Shown in pieces: positions 1 through 10,012 of a stretch of DNA of 32,000 nt; the stretch's first letter is position 1, and each line of letters opens with the position of its first letter. A program made the position numbers and the translations under genes. The notes below the pieces were generated by a model that was not told where the DNA came from, made no database searches, and saw nothing but the letters and a program-made list of their open reading frames with translations. The stretch is from NCBI RefSeq assembly GCF_000219355.1, contig NC_015722.1:930001-962000 (forward strand), written 5' to 3'. Origin of the DNA: Candidatus Midichloria mitochondrii IricVA. GTDB taxonomy: Bacteria > Pseudomonadota > Alphaproteobacteria > Rickettsiales > Midichloriaceae.

Positions 1-168
1 ATTCGTAAGCCCCGGAGAAGATGACACCAAAAATGCGATCAAACCAGTTAAACCTAGTGCAATTGACATATGCTTGTAAACCGCAACCATATAAGAGCGC
101 AACCCAGCGTCCAAAACGCCGACCCTGGTCGTCGTGAAGCTGTTAGCACCCATTTTACCATAATTCAT
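1..168 (-). CDS. Bax inhibitor-1/YccA-family inner-membrane protein, N-terminal part (gene runs off the left edge)
   Basis: Reverse-strand translation from the ATG at 168..166 gives MNYGKMGANSFTTTRVGVLDAGLRSYMVAVYKHMSIALGLTGLIAFLVSSSPGLTN. The xDxGLRxYMxxVYxxM motif followed by a first TM helix is the usual N-terminus of BI-1/YccA proteins. It is absent from the ORF track because it is truncated by the window edge. Confidence 0.6.
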   Translation of the reverse strand, partial: MNYGKMGANSFTTTRVGVLDAGLRSYMVAVYKHMSIALGLTGLIAFLVSSSPGLTN

Positions 169-394
169 GATACATACCCAATTAATTTTGAATTGTAGCA
201 CCAGTATATATCTCTTCATTAAAATTTGCAAGGTCCTTAAGGAAAATAAAAAACAAGTACTCCTTTACTTCCGCAGCCACCTCAACCAAAGGGTGCGGCC
301 CACAATTTAAAGGTGCAAATCCCTATTGCCGAACTCACTATTATACATAATAATGGTTATATTACATTTAATTTAAAAGGGTATAAATATAAAG

Positions 395-736
395 ATGAAA
401 GATGAAAATTCTAAAAAAATAGCTGCAAGGGATATAGCTTATACTGTAAACAAGTTTTGTGAGCAAAAGAATATTAGCGGCGAATTCCCAAATTTACAAG
501 AATTTAGCCATTATGTATCACTTAGCCTAAACAGCGATAATTCCTCACTCATTGCGAGGTATGAAACAGCCCTAATTCAAGCTTTTGATAAAAGCCCAGA
601 ACTTAGAGGCCCCACGCCCGTGAATTCGTTAATCACTTGCTTGATGCTCTTCCAGACGACAAGAAAAGTAAATTTCATAATGCGAATGTTGAAAATACTC
701 TACAGAAAGCTGAACACAGCAACACTCAAAACATGA
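395..736 (+). CDS. hypothetical protein (5' ORF of an apparently split orphan gene)
   Basis: 113-aa ORF with an A-rich upstream region and no recognisable family. It overlaps the next ORF by 100 nt in another frame. Confidence 0.35.
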   Translation: MKDENSKKIAARDIAYTVNKFCEQKNISGEFPNLQEFSHYVSLSLNSDNSSLIARYETALIQAFDKSPELRGPTPVNSLITCLMLFQTTRKVNFIMRMLKILYRKLNTATLKT

Positions 737-1119
737 ACCAGCAACCAACCCAGGAGCAAAAAAAGGGCCTGCTTGATAATTTCGCACAGTTCATAGATAA
801 TTTTATTGAAAATATCACTGGGGCTTTTAAGAAGATTATGGAAAATTTGCAACAACTAGTGAGCGGTACAGCAGCAACAATAAATAATATTTTCCAGGGA
901 AAAACTGCAAAAGCAAATACCCAAGAGCAAGAAAAAACCAACAACAAAGATCAAGGACCGCAAGAACAACAACGGAGTTCTAAACCAGAGCTCGCTTCTT
1001 TAGTCTCTGCCGTAAGTCAAGATCTTGTTGTTGCAATCAATTACTCTGCCAAAGCGCCAGATAAGCCGGAACAAGGCCAAGCTGTCCTAAAACAAGAAAA
1101 TAAGGGAACGAGTAGATAA
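637..1119 (+). CDS. hypothetical Q/E/K/N-rich low-complexity protein (3' ORF of the same apparently split gene)
   Basis: 160-aa ORF with a TTG start in the track. Its frame is open from 607, so it could be fused to ORF 395-736 by a single indel. No family recognised. Confidence 0.4.
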   Translation: MLDALPDDKKSKFHNANVENTLQKAEHSNTQNMNQQPTQEQKKGLLDNFAQFIDNFIENITGAFKKIMENLQQLVSGTAATINNIFQGKTAKANTQEQEKTNNKDQGPQEQQRSSKPELASLVSAVSQDLVVAINYSAKAPDKPEQGQAVLKQENKGTSR

Positions 1120-1253
1120 GAGTATATAGCGGAATAACTAAAGTGTCGGGCTAAGCTTTACAATGAAAGCATAAATCAGTTCTATAACTAAAAGATTTGA
1201 GTAAGGCCTAGGTATTAACCAGTCAAATCATAGCCACTTAGATATACAAAAAT

Positions 1254-3047
1254 CTAGTATACTCTTTTCTTAGGAGGAACTGATTTTACCTCATCACTTA
1301 AGGTTTCAAGAGTAACGGGCTTATAGTCTATTTTAACTTTTCCTGTCCCAGTATCTAAGCTAATTAGAGTGTGCTTCATCCAATTTTCATCATCCCGCTC
1401 TTTATAATCTTCCCTTGCGTGTGCACCCCGGCTTTCTTGGCGATTTAATGCGGCATTTATGGTAACCAATGCTTGTAATCTCAAGCTATCCAGCTCTAAA
1501 GCTTCAACTAAATCACTATTCCATATCAGGGATCGATCAGTTATTGCAACATCCGAATAGGAATCGAAAACTACTTTCATTTTTTCACAGCCTAATTTAA
1601 GTGTCTCTTCAGTTCTAAAAACTGCAGCATAGGTTTGCATTACTTCTTGCATATGTGCACGTATCTCAGCAGCCGGTAATTTGCCATTAGCATGCCTGAT
1701 TTTATCAAAGTGCTGAATAGTTTTCTCTGTTAAATTCGGCTTCAATTTTTCATGAGTTTTGCTTGAGTGCCTCAGCAGCTCTACAGCTTTGATAGCTGCT
1801 GCTCGTCCAAATACAATTAAATCAAGCAGCGAATTTGATCCAAGCCTATTTGCCCCGTGCACTGATACACACGCAGCTTCTCCTATAGCCATTAGTCCTG
1901 GAACTGGTTCAAATTTCTTTCCCGTTTTAGCAAGAACTTCGCCATGATAATTAGTTGGTACTCCACCCATATTATAGTGAACTGTTGGAAGCACTGGTAT
2001 CGGTTGTTTAGTCAGGTCGACACCTGCAAAAATCTTCGCTGTTTCAGAAATACCTGGCAACCGTTCATGGATAATTTCTGGATCAAGATGCGACAATACG
2101 AGGTGTATATGATCTTTCTTAGGTCCACAGCCTCTACCTTCTTTTATTTCAATTGTCATGGCGCGGCTCACCACATCTCTAGAGGCAAGGTCCTTAGCAG
2201 TTGGTGCATACTTTTCCATGAATCGTTCGCCATTACTGTTAATTAAATAGCCACCTTCACCTCTTGCACCTTCGGTGATTAAGCACCCAGATCCATATAT
2301 CCCAGTTGGATGAAACTGCACGAATTCCATATCTTCAAGTGCAAGTCCAGCTCTTAAAACCATTGCATTCCCATCACCAGTACAGGTGTGGGCTGAAGTT
2401 GCTGAAAAATATACTCTTCCATAGCCTCCTGTTGCAATAACTACAATATGCGATTTGAACCTATGTAGTGTACCATCTTCTAAACAATATGCGATCACTC
2501 CCACACACCTTCCCTCATCCATAATGAGGTCTAAGCAGAAATACTCAATAAAAAATTCTGCTTGCGCTCTTAAAGACTGTTGATAAAGGGTATGCAATAT
2601 TGCATGACCCGTCCTATCAGCTGCCGCACACGTTCTTTGCGCAGCTTTTCCTTCTCCATAATGGGTGGTCATTCCGCCAAATGGTCTTTGGTATATTTTT
2701 CCCTCTTTGGTTCTTGAGAAAGGCACTCCATAATGTTCTAGCTCAATAATGGCATCCTTAGCATTTTTACACATATATTCTATTGCATCTTGGTCGCCAA
2801 GCCAATCTGATCCTTTTACCGTATCATGCATATGCCAACGCCAGTCATCTTCTCCCATATTGCCAAGTGCCGCACTAATACCACCTTGCGCCGCCACAGT
2901 ATGACTCCTAGTTGGAAAAACCTTAGTAACGCACGCAGTCTTCAACCCCTTTTCGGCCATGCCAAATGTGGCTCGTAGTCCAGCCCCTCCAGCTCCAACA
3001 ACCACAACATCATATTCATGATCAATAATATTATATGCTAAACTCAT
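1254..3047 (-). CDS. sdhA: succinate dehydrogenase flavoprotein subunit
   Basis: 597 aa. It has the N-terminal FAD-binding motif [14 protein letters not shown], the covalent-FAD histidine context [10 protein letters not shown], and the C-terminal [11 protein letters not shown] motif typical of SdhA. Confidence 0.97.
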   Translation of the reverse strand: MSLAYNIIDHEYDVVVVGAGGAGLRATFGMAEKGLKTACVTKVFPTRSHTVAAQGGISAALGNMGEDDWRWHMHDTVKGSDWLGDQDAIEYMCKNAKDAIIELEHYGVPFSRTKEGKIYQRPFGGMTTHYGEGKAAQRTCAAADRTGHAILHTLYQQSLRAQAEFFIEYFCLDLIMDEGRCVGVIAYCLEDGTLHRFKSHIVVIATGGYGRVYFSATSAHTCTGDGNAMVLRAGLALEDMEFVQFHPTGIYGSGCLITEGARGEGGYLINSNGERFMEKYAPTAKDLASRDVVSRAMTIEIKEGRGCGPKKDHIHLVLSHLDPEIIHERLPGISETAKIFAGVDLTKQPIPVLPTVHYNMGGVPTNYHGEVLAKTGKKFEPVPGLMAIGEAACVSVHGANRLGSNSLLDLIVFGRAAAIKAVELLRHSSKTHEKLKPNLTEKTIQHFDKIRHANGKLPAAEIRAHMQEVMQTYAAVFRTEETLKLGCEKMKVVFDSYSDVAITDRSLIWNSDLVEALELDSLRLQALVTINAALNRQESRGAHAREDYKERDDENWMKHTLISLDTGTGKVKIDYKPVTLETLSDEVKSVPPKKRVY

Positions 3048-3063
3048 AAACCAAATAGCAAAA

Positions 3064-3435
3064 TTAACAAGGAAAGAATATTTTTAACATGATAAAAAAA
3101 TAAACAAGCGAGAAAATCCCCGCAATTGCAGAGATAATCGTTACTAAGACTAATGATGAAACCAACACCTTCTTTAATGTCGAACAATGGACATAATCCG
3201 TAACTATTTCTTTAATGCCTAAAAGGCCATGGTAAAGAGCAGCAATTACAAATAAAATTGCAGTTATCATATTAAAAGGAGATAACAACCGCTCGCCAAG
3301 CTCTGCTAAAGAGTCTGCTTTAGAAATCTTAAATACCACTACAATAAACCACACAGCAATAGGTATCAACACAATTGCAGTTAAACGTTGAGTTATATAA
3401 TGATTTACTGCTGATTTTGAAGATAAATTAGACAT
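3064..3435 (-). CDS. sdhD: succinate dehydrogenase hydrophobic membrane anchor subunit
   Basis: 123 aa, three predicted TM helices, with an [10 protein letters not shown] motif (HxxxQRxTA). It lies between sdhC and sdhA in canonical operon order. Confidence 0.85.
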   Translation of the reverse strand: MSNLSSKSAVNHYITQRLTAIVLIPIAVWFIVVVFKISKADSLAELGERLLSPFNMITAILFVIAALYHGLLGIKEIVTDYVHCSTLKKVLVSSLVLVTIISAIAGIFSLVYFFIMLKIFFPC

Positions 3436-3455
3436 ACGAATCCCAATAAATTAAA

Positions 3456-3881
3456 CTAAGACAATAGTGAAACCCAAACCAAAGCCCACATCACGAGAGA
3501 AGTGATAACCGCGGACCATCCAGATAAATAGACTTGTTTCATTTTAAAGCCCAAACCTGCATCCCATATTAAATGCCGCACTCCAGCCAACATGTGGTAA
3601 AATAAACTATAACTCCAAATAATTAAGATAGATTTTCCAAAGGTATGCTTAAAAATAGAGAAAATCATATCTTCTCTTATTTCCACTATAAAACTTGTGA
3701 TGCAAAGGATTTCGGAAGCGCTATAGCCATAATTATGAATGCAGTAAATAAGCCACCATAATAATATTAAGAAGCCTATAAAAAGAAACAACCCGCTTAC
3801 CCTATGCAGTATAGAAAGCGCTGAAGTAATTTGCATTCTATATACTGTAAGATGTGGTGATAAAGGCCTTTTGTTACTCAT
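3456..3881 (-). CDS. sdhC: succinate dehydrogenase cytochrome b556 subunit
   Basis: 141 aa. The N-terminus RPLSPHLTVYRMQITSALSILHRVSG is the conserved SdhC signature. It is the first gene of the sdhCDA cluster. Confidence 0.9.
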   Translation of the reverse strand: MSNKRPLSPHLTVYRMQITSALSILHRVSGLFLFIGFLILLWWLIYCIHNYGYSASEILCITSFIVEIREDMIFSIFKHTFGKSILIIWSYSLFYHMLAGVRHLIWDAGLGFKMKQVYLSGWSAVITSLVMWALVWVSLLS

Positions 3882-3994
3882 AGTAAAATTCTACATTATA
3901 AACCGAAAATAATATCCTGTTATGGTACTACTTTTAATTGTGGTTGCAAGAAAAATCACACACCCTGCGTTGGAAAAAGAAGCCCAAGGTCGTC

Positions 3995-5756
3995 TCATTT
4001 TATCTTAACATATCGTCCTGGAGCTTTTTCTATAATACTTTTCTTATCTATTTGCCGGAGTGGTATTTTTTCATTATTTAGAGCAGAGGCCCAATTCAAC
4101 CAATGAGGCCACCAAGATCCAGCTATTTCTTTGGAAGTTCTGAACCACTCCTCAGGATCTAGGTACTGACTTTCGTTTATTCGATAAGAATATTTACTTT
4201 TATTCGGAGGGTTGATTATCCCAGCGACATGCCCTGAGCCTCCTAATACAAAACAGTTTTTACCATATTGGATGTTAAATAAACTGATTGCCAAGGCGCT
4301 ATAGTGATCTTCTTTTGCAGCCAATACATAAGTTGGAATATCAATTTTTGACAGATCTATTCCGACGCCATTAATTACGATACTTCCTGCCTTACTTAAA
4401 GAGTTTTCTAGGTAAAGCTTGCGTAAGTAATAGGAATGCATAGAATAGGGCATTCTTGTCGAGTCTGAGTTCCAGTGCAATATATCAAATGCTTGGGGTT
4501 TTTTGCCTAGTAGATAATTACTTGTATAATAGCTCCAAATCATATCACTAGACCTTAGTATACTAAAACAAAGCGCCATATAGTAGCCATCTAGATAGCC
4601 AGCATTTCTCATTATGCTGTCAAGTAGCTCTAATTGTTGCTCATCAATAAAAGTAGCTACATCCCCTGCTTCTTTAAAATCAACTAGAGTAGTCAAAAAT
4701 GTGGCAGAATTAACATAATTGTGCAGTTTATCTTGGGCAGCTAAATAAGCGAGAGTTACTGCTAGCATCGTGCCTCCTGAGCAATATCCCATACAGCTTA
4801 GGCTCTCTGCTTTATTTATCTCTTTTGCTTTTTCAATTGCGGTCAGAACTCCTGTTATCATGTAATCCTCAAAAGATTTATTAGAAAATGTAGCATCTGG
4901 GTTAATCCACGAGATCATAAAGACAGTATAGCCTTGATCAACTATCCATTTTACCAAGGAATTATGCGGCTGTAAGTCTAATATGTAATATTTGTTTATC
5001 CACGCAGGCATAATAAGAATAGGGCTTTTAAACACCTCTTTTGTGCTTGGCTTGTATTAACTGGAACAATTCATTCTCAAAAACTACTTGACCTGGAGTG
5101 ATTGCGAGAGTTTCTCCAACCGAGAAACCATCTAAATCTGTGGTTGGTATCAGAAACTTTCCAGTTTCACAGCCTCTTTTGATATCTTCTAGGAAATTTT
5201 CCGCTCCATTAATAAGGTTTTGACCATGGCTATTCATAGTTTCTCTTATAACTTCAGGATTTAAAAATGGAAAATTTACCGGGGCTAAGGCATCTACTAA
5301 CTGTTTAGTATAAAACAATAATTTATGCTTATTTTTTAAATTAATCTACAGGTATTGCTTCCACGAAATTTTTCATCACTTCGCTACTTTGTAAGTAGTA
5401 ATCCTTTATCGATGAAAAAATGGATGAGTTAACCATTCACTATCTTTAAATCTTTTATCTTTTACGTTAGAGGCATTAAAATAATTTATAAACATAGGAT
5501 TTGATAGTGACGACCAAGTGCCCAGTTGTTGTATGTAGGCCACTAATTTTTCTGGCTTCATAGAATCCACTATCGTCTGACCAAAAACTTTTATCAAAGT
5601 AATTGGATCAAAAGTAGGTTTAATTTTTAATTCTTCGATCATTTTGGAAGAAAGAGAAGGTAGCAGTGCAAAGCTTTCTGAATATTTTTGATGAGCTAAA
5701 CGAATATTTTCGGAAAGTAACTCCCAATCATATGGCAAATTATTGAGTAACTGCAT
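3995..5756 (-). pseudogene. phaC: class I poly(3-hydroxyalkanoate) synthase, disrupted by three frame breaks
   Basis: Four collinear pieces together cover a full PhaC. (1) 5756-5409 ends ...KDKRFKDSEWLTHPFF. (2) 5409-5344 in another frame reads SIKDYYLQSSEVMKNFVEAIPVD. (3) 5345-5028 reads LKNKHKLLFYTKQLVDALAPVNFPFLNPEV...ELFQLIQ. (4) From 5056 the sequence reads YKPSTKEVFKSPILIMPAWINKYYILDLQPHNSLVKWIVDQGYTVFMISWINPD. The lipase box GYCSGGT, the EDH Asp and GHVAGIINPP His are still present. Confidence 0.85.
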
Positions 5757-6084
5757 GACTTAACCTACTTATAAATATTGTATTTGGTCCAGAGTAACGG
5801 CGAGTTTTTTATTGGTCAATAACAATAAAAGTATTATTAATTTTTTTAAAAAAGTGAAAACAAGAAATTCACTGAAGCCGTCACCAAAATCCCTATACAT
5901 CAGGGCGTTACACATTTCCCACTGTAATAATAATATCTCTCCATAAATACAAGAAGTATTTCTGTGCTCTATGAGCTGAAGCAAGACAGAAAAAGTGGCA
6001 TTCTTTAGTAAGAACCCCCATTGAAGAATTATGTTTTGTGATAAATATAGATAAGTCAGCTGATCTGCTAAGGTCACTCATATA

Positions 6085-6891
6085 GGCAATGCCTAGTAAT
6101 TATAGACAGCAATAAGAGGGTGTTGATATCTTCGCAGTAAAACGGGAGTAGGAAATGACAATCAAGTGTAAATATTGCGGCTCCAGCGAGCAGGTGAAGA
6201 ATGGCGTGGTATAGGGACAGCAAGAGGTAATAGGGTGCAAGAATTGCAAAAAGAATTACCGAGAAGGTGATAAGCGGCAGAATACACTATGAATGATAGA
6301 CTTAAAACCTAACCTTGAGGACTGCGGGATTAGGATGATAGAGAGACTGACTGGAATCCATAACAGCCAAATATCTTCATGGATCGAAGGACGGGGGGAC
6401 GCTATGTGCAAGAAAAGTTAGATAAGAGCTTGCAACAGCACAAAGTCACTTAAGGATATCGAGGTCCTAGAGATTGAGGAGCTGTGCACATATATAAAAA
6501 AAGACCAAAGAATGGAAGTGGGAGTACACCTTTATATGGATTGCTGTTGATAGAGGAGCGGGTGAAATTATTGATTTTGAAGTAGGTGACGGAAGCAAGG
6601 CAACCCACCTGAACCTGGCATTTAGGCTTTGAGGAACGTTATAAATGAGCATGTACAGATGATTACAGCGTTTATGAATACTATAAAATCTCCACGCACC
6701 ATCACAAAACAAAAGCTGAGACCTCATTTGTAGAATCAAAGAATTCTTTAAGAGGCATTATCCAGCTAGTTTTAATCGGAGAACAGAGCGCTATAGCAAA
6801 TTCCTGAGGATGCTTTGCGCTACTCTTACCCTCTTCTTCCATAGGCATTTGCTGGATTTGAAACTTCTATCTATAAATATTAGGCAATGCC
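6085..6891 (+). mobile_element. degenerate IS1-family insertion sequence (transposase riddled with stops and frameshifts)
   Basis: The imperfect terminal inverted repeats are GGCAATGCCTAGTAATTATAGACAGCAATAAGA (6085-) and the reverse complement of the right end, GGCATTGCCTAATATTTATAGATAGAAGTTTCA (-6891). Internal + strand frames read MTIKCKYCGSSEQVKNGVV*, a zinc-finger N-terminus. Further frames read CGIRMIERLTGIHNSQISSWI (HTH), IEVLEIEELCTYIKK, ILK*VTEARQPT*, and TDDYSVYEYYKISTHHHKTKAETSFVESKNSL. These are collinear with single-ORF IS1-family transposases. The 807-bp length fits IS1. Confidence 0.8.
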
Positions 6892-6972
6892 GATTAAGTG
6901 CCGCATTAACTATTTACTTTGCTACTGTTTTTTGGTGGCATACATATGTGTTCAATCGTTAAGGAGGTTATT

Positions 6973-7127
6973 ATGCCTATTAAATCTGGGAAGCCAGCAA
7001 AAAGACAGTAAGTGGTAACATAGCCAAGATTAGGAAGGAAGGATATCCGCAGAAGCAAGCTGTTGTTATCGCCTTGAATAAAGCAGGCAGATCTAACAAA
7101 TCTTCTGAATCAAGGAGCAAGAAGTAA
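6973..7127 (+). pseudogene. small basic protein gene (about 51 aa) interrupted by a frame break
   Basis: A strong SD (AAGGAGG, 6961-6967) sits 5 nt before the ATG at 6973. Frame 0 gives MPIKSGKPAKRQ then a stop at 7009. The -1 frame continues ...VSGNIAKIRKEGYPQKQAVVIALNKAGRSNKSSESRSKK to the stop at 7125-7127 and has no start codon of its own. The PQKQAVxIALxKAG motif resembles small conserved basic proteins; this is from memory and unverified. Confidence 0.45.
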
Positions 7128-7465
7128 GTAATTCTTCGCATCTTGTTGCTAGATTTGTCTTATAGCTACATAAAGCAATTAAGGGGTTAGTTTGCGTATA
7201 TAGCATAGGCAGGGCTGGTGCCAAAATACTGAGGTTGTCGATACTAAGCTGTAGGCCGATTGGGAGTTTCGCTCGGGTACTGTGCTAACGGAGCTTTCAG
7301 TTTAATAAGAAGCTTTAAGAGATCTTACCCTTCACAGTGGATTTGATTTATATGAGGGTTAGCCTTATTGACCGCGCCTTGACCTTGGGAGAATAATTGG
7401 ACTTTTCGGTACAATTATAGTACATAAAGAGACCTAGTGAGTGCTAATGCTTTCCTAAAGATTGA

Positions 7466-9985
7466 ATGGAACAGAAAATCTACAATCATAAAAAAATAGA
7501 ACAAAAATGGCAAAAAATATGGTCAGAAAAAAAGGTTTTTGAAGCTCAAGTAGATCGATCAAAGCCTAAAAAATATATCTTAGAAATGCTTCCTTACCCA
7601 TCTGGACGGATTCATATGGGGCATTTGAGGAATTACACTATAGGAGATGTAATAGCTAGAATCCAAAAATCCTTAGGTTTTAATGTGTTACACCAATTAG
7701 GCTGGGATGCGTTTGGCTTACCTGCTGAGAATGCAGCAATGCAAAATAAGGTGGCGCCGAAGCAGTGGACCATGGAGAATATTGCTAGCATGAAAAATCA
7801 ACTACTTCCAATGGGTTTTTCTTATGATTGGAATAGGGAAATAGCAACTTGCTCCCCAGACTACTATAAACATGAACAAAAATTCTTTATTGATTTTTAC
7901 AATCAAGGCTTTGCTTATCAAAAAGAAGGAATCGTTAATTGGGATCCAATTGATCAAACTGTCTTAGCTAATGAACAAGTCATTGACGGGCGGGGGTGGC
8001 GATCTGGAGCTGTTGTTAAACGTAAAAAACTAAAACAATGGTTTTTGAAGATTACTGATTTTGCTGAAGACTTATTGTCTGGTTTAGAACAACTAAAAGG
8101 CTGGCCAGAAAAAGTTAGATTAATGCAAACAAATTGGATTAATAAATCTGAAGGAGCTGAAGTTGATTTCAAAACAGATACCGGAAGTAAAATTAGAATA
8201 TTCACAACCAGACCAGAAACCCTCTTCGGAGCTACGTTTATCGGGGTAGCTTTTGATCATCCTTTGATTGAAAATATGGATGAAACTCCAGAGTTGTCAT
8301 TATTTTTGGAGGAATGTAAAAAGATTAGTGCCCCCGAAGACGCTCTTGAGAAAGCTGAAAAATTAGGCCTAGATACCGGAATAAAAGCGATTCATCCTTT
8401 TGATGCTGCTATTAAATTACCAATTTTTATAACAAACTTCGTATTATCTGACTACGGCACAGGCGCAATTTTTGGATGTCCAGCTCACGACTCAAGAGAT
8501 CATGAGTTTGCAGTTAAATATAATTTACCAATCAGGCAAGTAGTAAAACCTTTAGAAGACATTGAAGTAGATATAATGCAAGCTCCTTTTGTAGATGACG
8601 GCACTATGTTGAACTCAGACTTCTTAAATGATCTGTCCATTGCTGAAGCAAAAAAAGTCATCATAAAATCCCTTGAAAACAATAAAATAGGAGTAGGAAA
8701 AACAACCTATAGACTGAAAGATTGGGGGATATCAAGACAACGTTATTGGGGCTGCCCTATCCCTATAATTTATTGTAATAATTGCGGCACCCTCCCAGTC
8801 CCAGAAAAAGATCTACCAGTGGTGCTGCCTGAAGACGTTCAATTTGATAAACCTGGCAATCCTCTTGATCATCATCCAACCTGGAAATTTGTAGCCTGCC
8901 CACAATGCGGAAAAGATGCCTTGAGAGAAACAGATACATTCGATACATTTTTCGAATCTTCTTGGTATTTTTTACGGTATTGCTCTCCCAACTCTTCATC
9001 TCCTTTTGAAAAGGACGAGATCGATTACTGGGGACCAGTGGATCAGTATATAGGTGGAATAGAACATGCCGTAATGCATTTATTATATGCTCGTTTCTTC
9101 ACTCGCGCCTTAAAGAAGCTTGGTTACCTAAATATAGACGAACCATTTACTAACCTGTTAACCCAAGGAATGATCAATCACGAGACTTATAAGGACCAGA
9201 ACAACAATTGGTTATACCCAGAAGAAGTCTTAAAAACTCAAGCAGGTACTATAGAAAGAGCAAACGGTGCTCCTGTGACCGTTGGGCGTATTGAAAAAAT
9301 GAGTAAGTCTAAAAAAAATGTTGTTGAGCCAGACCGGATTTTAGATAAATATGGCGCTGATACAATACGGTTATTCGTACTTTCTGACTCCCCCCCTGAA
9401 AAAGATTTGGAATGGACCGAAGCAGGAGTGGAAGGATGTAATAAATATTTACAGAGGGTAGCTAAGCTTGTTTTCGATACCTTGGATGAAAATAAAAATG
9501 GTAAAGACGATGAAGGAGTTTTAAGTTTAATACACAAAACAATTCAATCTGTTAGCACTGATTTCGAAAATTTTCACTTTAACAAAGCTATTGCTCGCTT
9601 GAGAGAGCTTACAAATGCTCTCTATAGTAGCGATATATCTTCTACTATAAAAAAAGAAGGAGTGAAAATTTTAACTAGACTTTTAAATCCAATTGCGCCA
9701 CATTTAACTGAGGAACTATGGTCTACTTTGGGTTGTGGTACTATGCTTGCTCCTTATCCTTGGCCAGCGCCAGATTTAAGCCTGATTAAGGAAGATACAG
9801 TGACTATTGCAATACAGACTAATGGTAAGCTTCGTTCAACAATTGAAGTGCCAAAAGATACTACCCAAAAAGAGGTGGAGAGGCTTTCGTTAGAGCTGCA
9901 AAATATAAGAAATTTTTTAAATGATAAAAATATAAAAAAAGTGATATACATCCCAAATAAAATCATCAATATAGTTTATATATAG
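7466..9985 (+). CDS. leuS: leucyl-tRNA synthetase
   Basis: 839 aa. It has the HIGH region [15 protein letters not shown], the KMSKS loop [11 protein letters not shown], and a CP1 editing domain. Confidence 0.97.
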   Translation: MEQKIYNHKKIEQKWQKIWSEKKVFEAQVDRSKPKKYILEMLPYPSGRIHMGHLRNYTIGDVIARIQKSLGFNVLHQLGWDAFGLPAENAAMQNKVAPKQWTMENIASMKNQLLPMGFSYDWNREIATCSPDYYKHEQKFFIDFYNQGFAYQKEGIVNWDPIDQTVLANEQVIDGRGWRSGAVVKRKKLKQWFLKITDFAEDLLSGLEQLKGWPEKVRLMQTNWINKSEGAEVDFKTDTGSKIRIFTTRPETLFGATFIGVAFDHPLIENMDETPELSLFLEECKKISAPEDALEKAEKLGLDTGIKAIHPFDAAIKLPIFITNFVLSDYGTGAIFGCPAHDSRDHEFAVKYNLPIRQVVKPLEDIEVDIMQAPFVDDGTMLNSDFLNDLSIAEAKKVIIKSLENNKIGVGKTTYRLKDWGISRQRYWGCPIPIIYCNNCGTLPVPEKDLPVVLPEDVQFDKPGNPLDHHPTWKFVACPQCGKDALRETDTFDTFFESSWYFLRYCSPNSSSPFEKDEIDYWGPVDQYIGGIEHAVMHLLYARFFTRALKKLGYLNIDEPFTNLLTQGMINHETYKDQNNNWLYPEEVLKTQAGTIERANGAPVTVGRIEKMSKSKKNVVEPDRILDKYGADTIRLFVLSDSPPEKDLEWTEAGVEGCNKYLQRVAKLVFDTLDENKNGKDDEGVLSLIHKTIQSVSTDFENFHFNKAIARLRELTNALYSSDISSTIKKEGVKILTRLLNPIAPHLTEELWSTLGCGTMLAPYPWPAPDLSLIKEDTVTIAIQTNGKLRSTIEVPKDTTQKEVERLSLELQNIRNFLNDKNIKKVIYIPNKIINIVYI

Positions 9986-10012
9986 CTTATTACGCTTAGG
10001 TGGTACTAAACG

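Noticed and set aside
5769-6077. 102-aa minus-strand ORF between phaC and the IS1 remnant
   Set aside because: I see no family resemblance and no convincing SD, and its hydrophobic low-complexity stretches (LIILLLLLT) look like AT-rich noise. It could be a remnant of a phaC-associated gene, but I cannot support a call.
6467-6739. 90-aa minus-strand ORF
   Set aside because: It lies antisense inside the degenerate IS1-family element. The + strand carries the recognisable transposase remnants.
6994-7011. Programmed -1 ribosomal frameshift at the A-run of the small basic ORF
   Set aside because: The run is only five As, in the register gca-aaa-aga rather than a canonical X-XXY-YYZ heptamer. I could not identify a downstream stimulatory hairpin or pseudoknot. 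A simple indel or sequencing error is more parsimonious.
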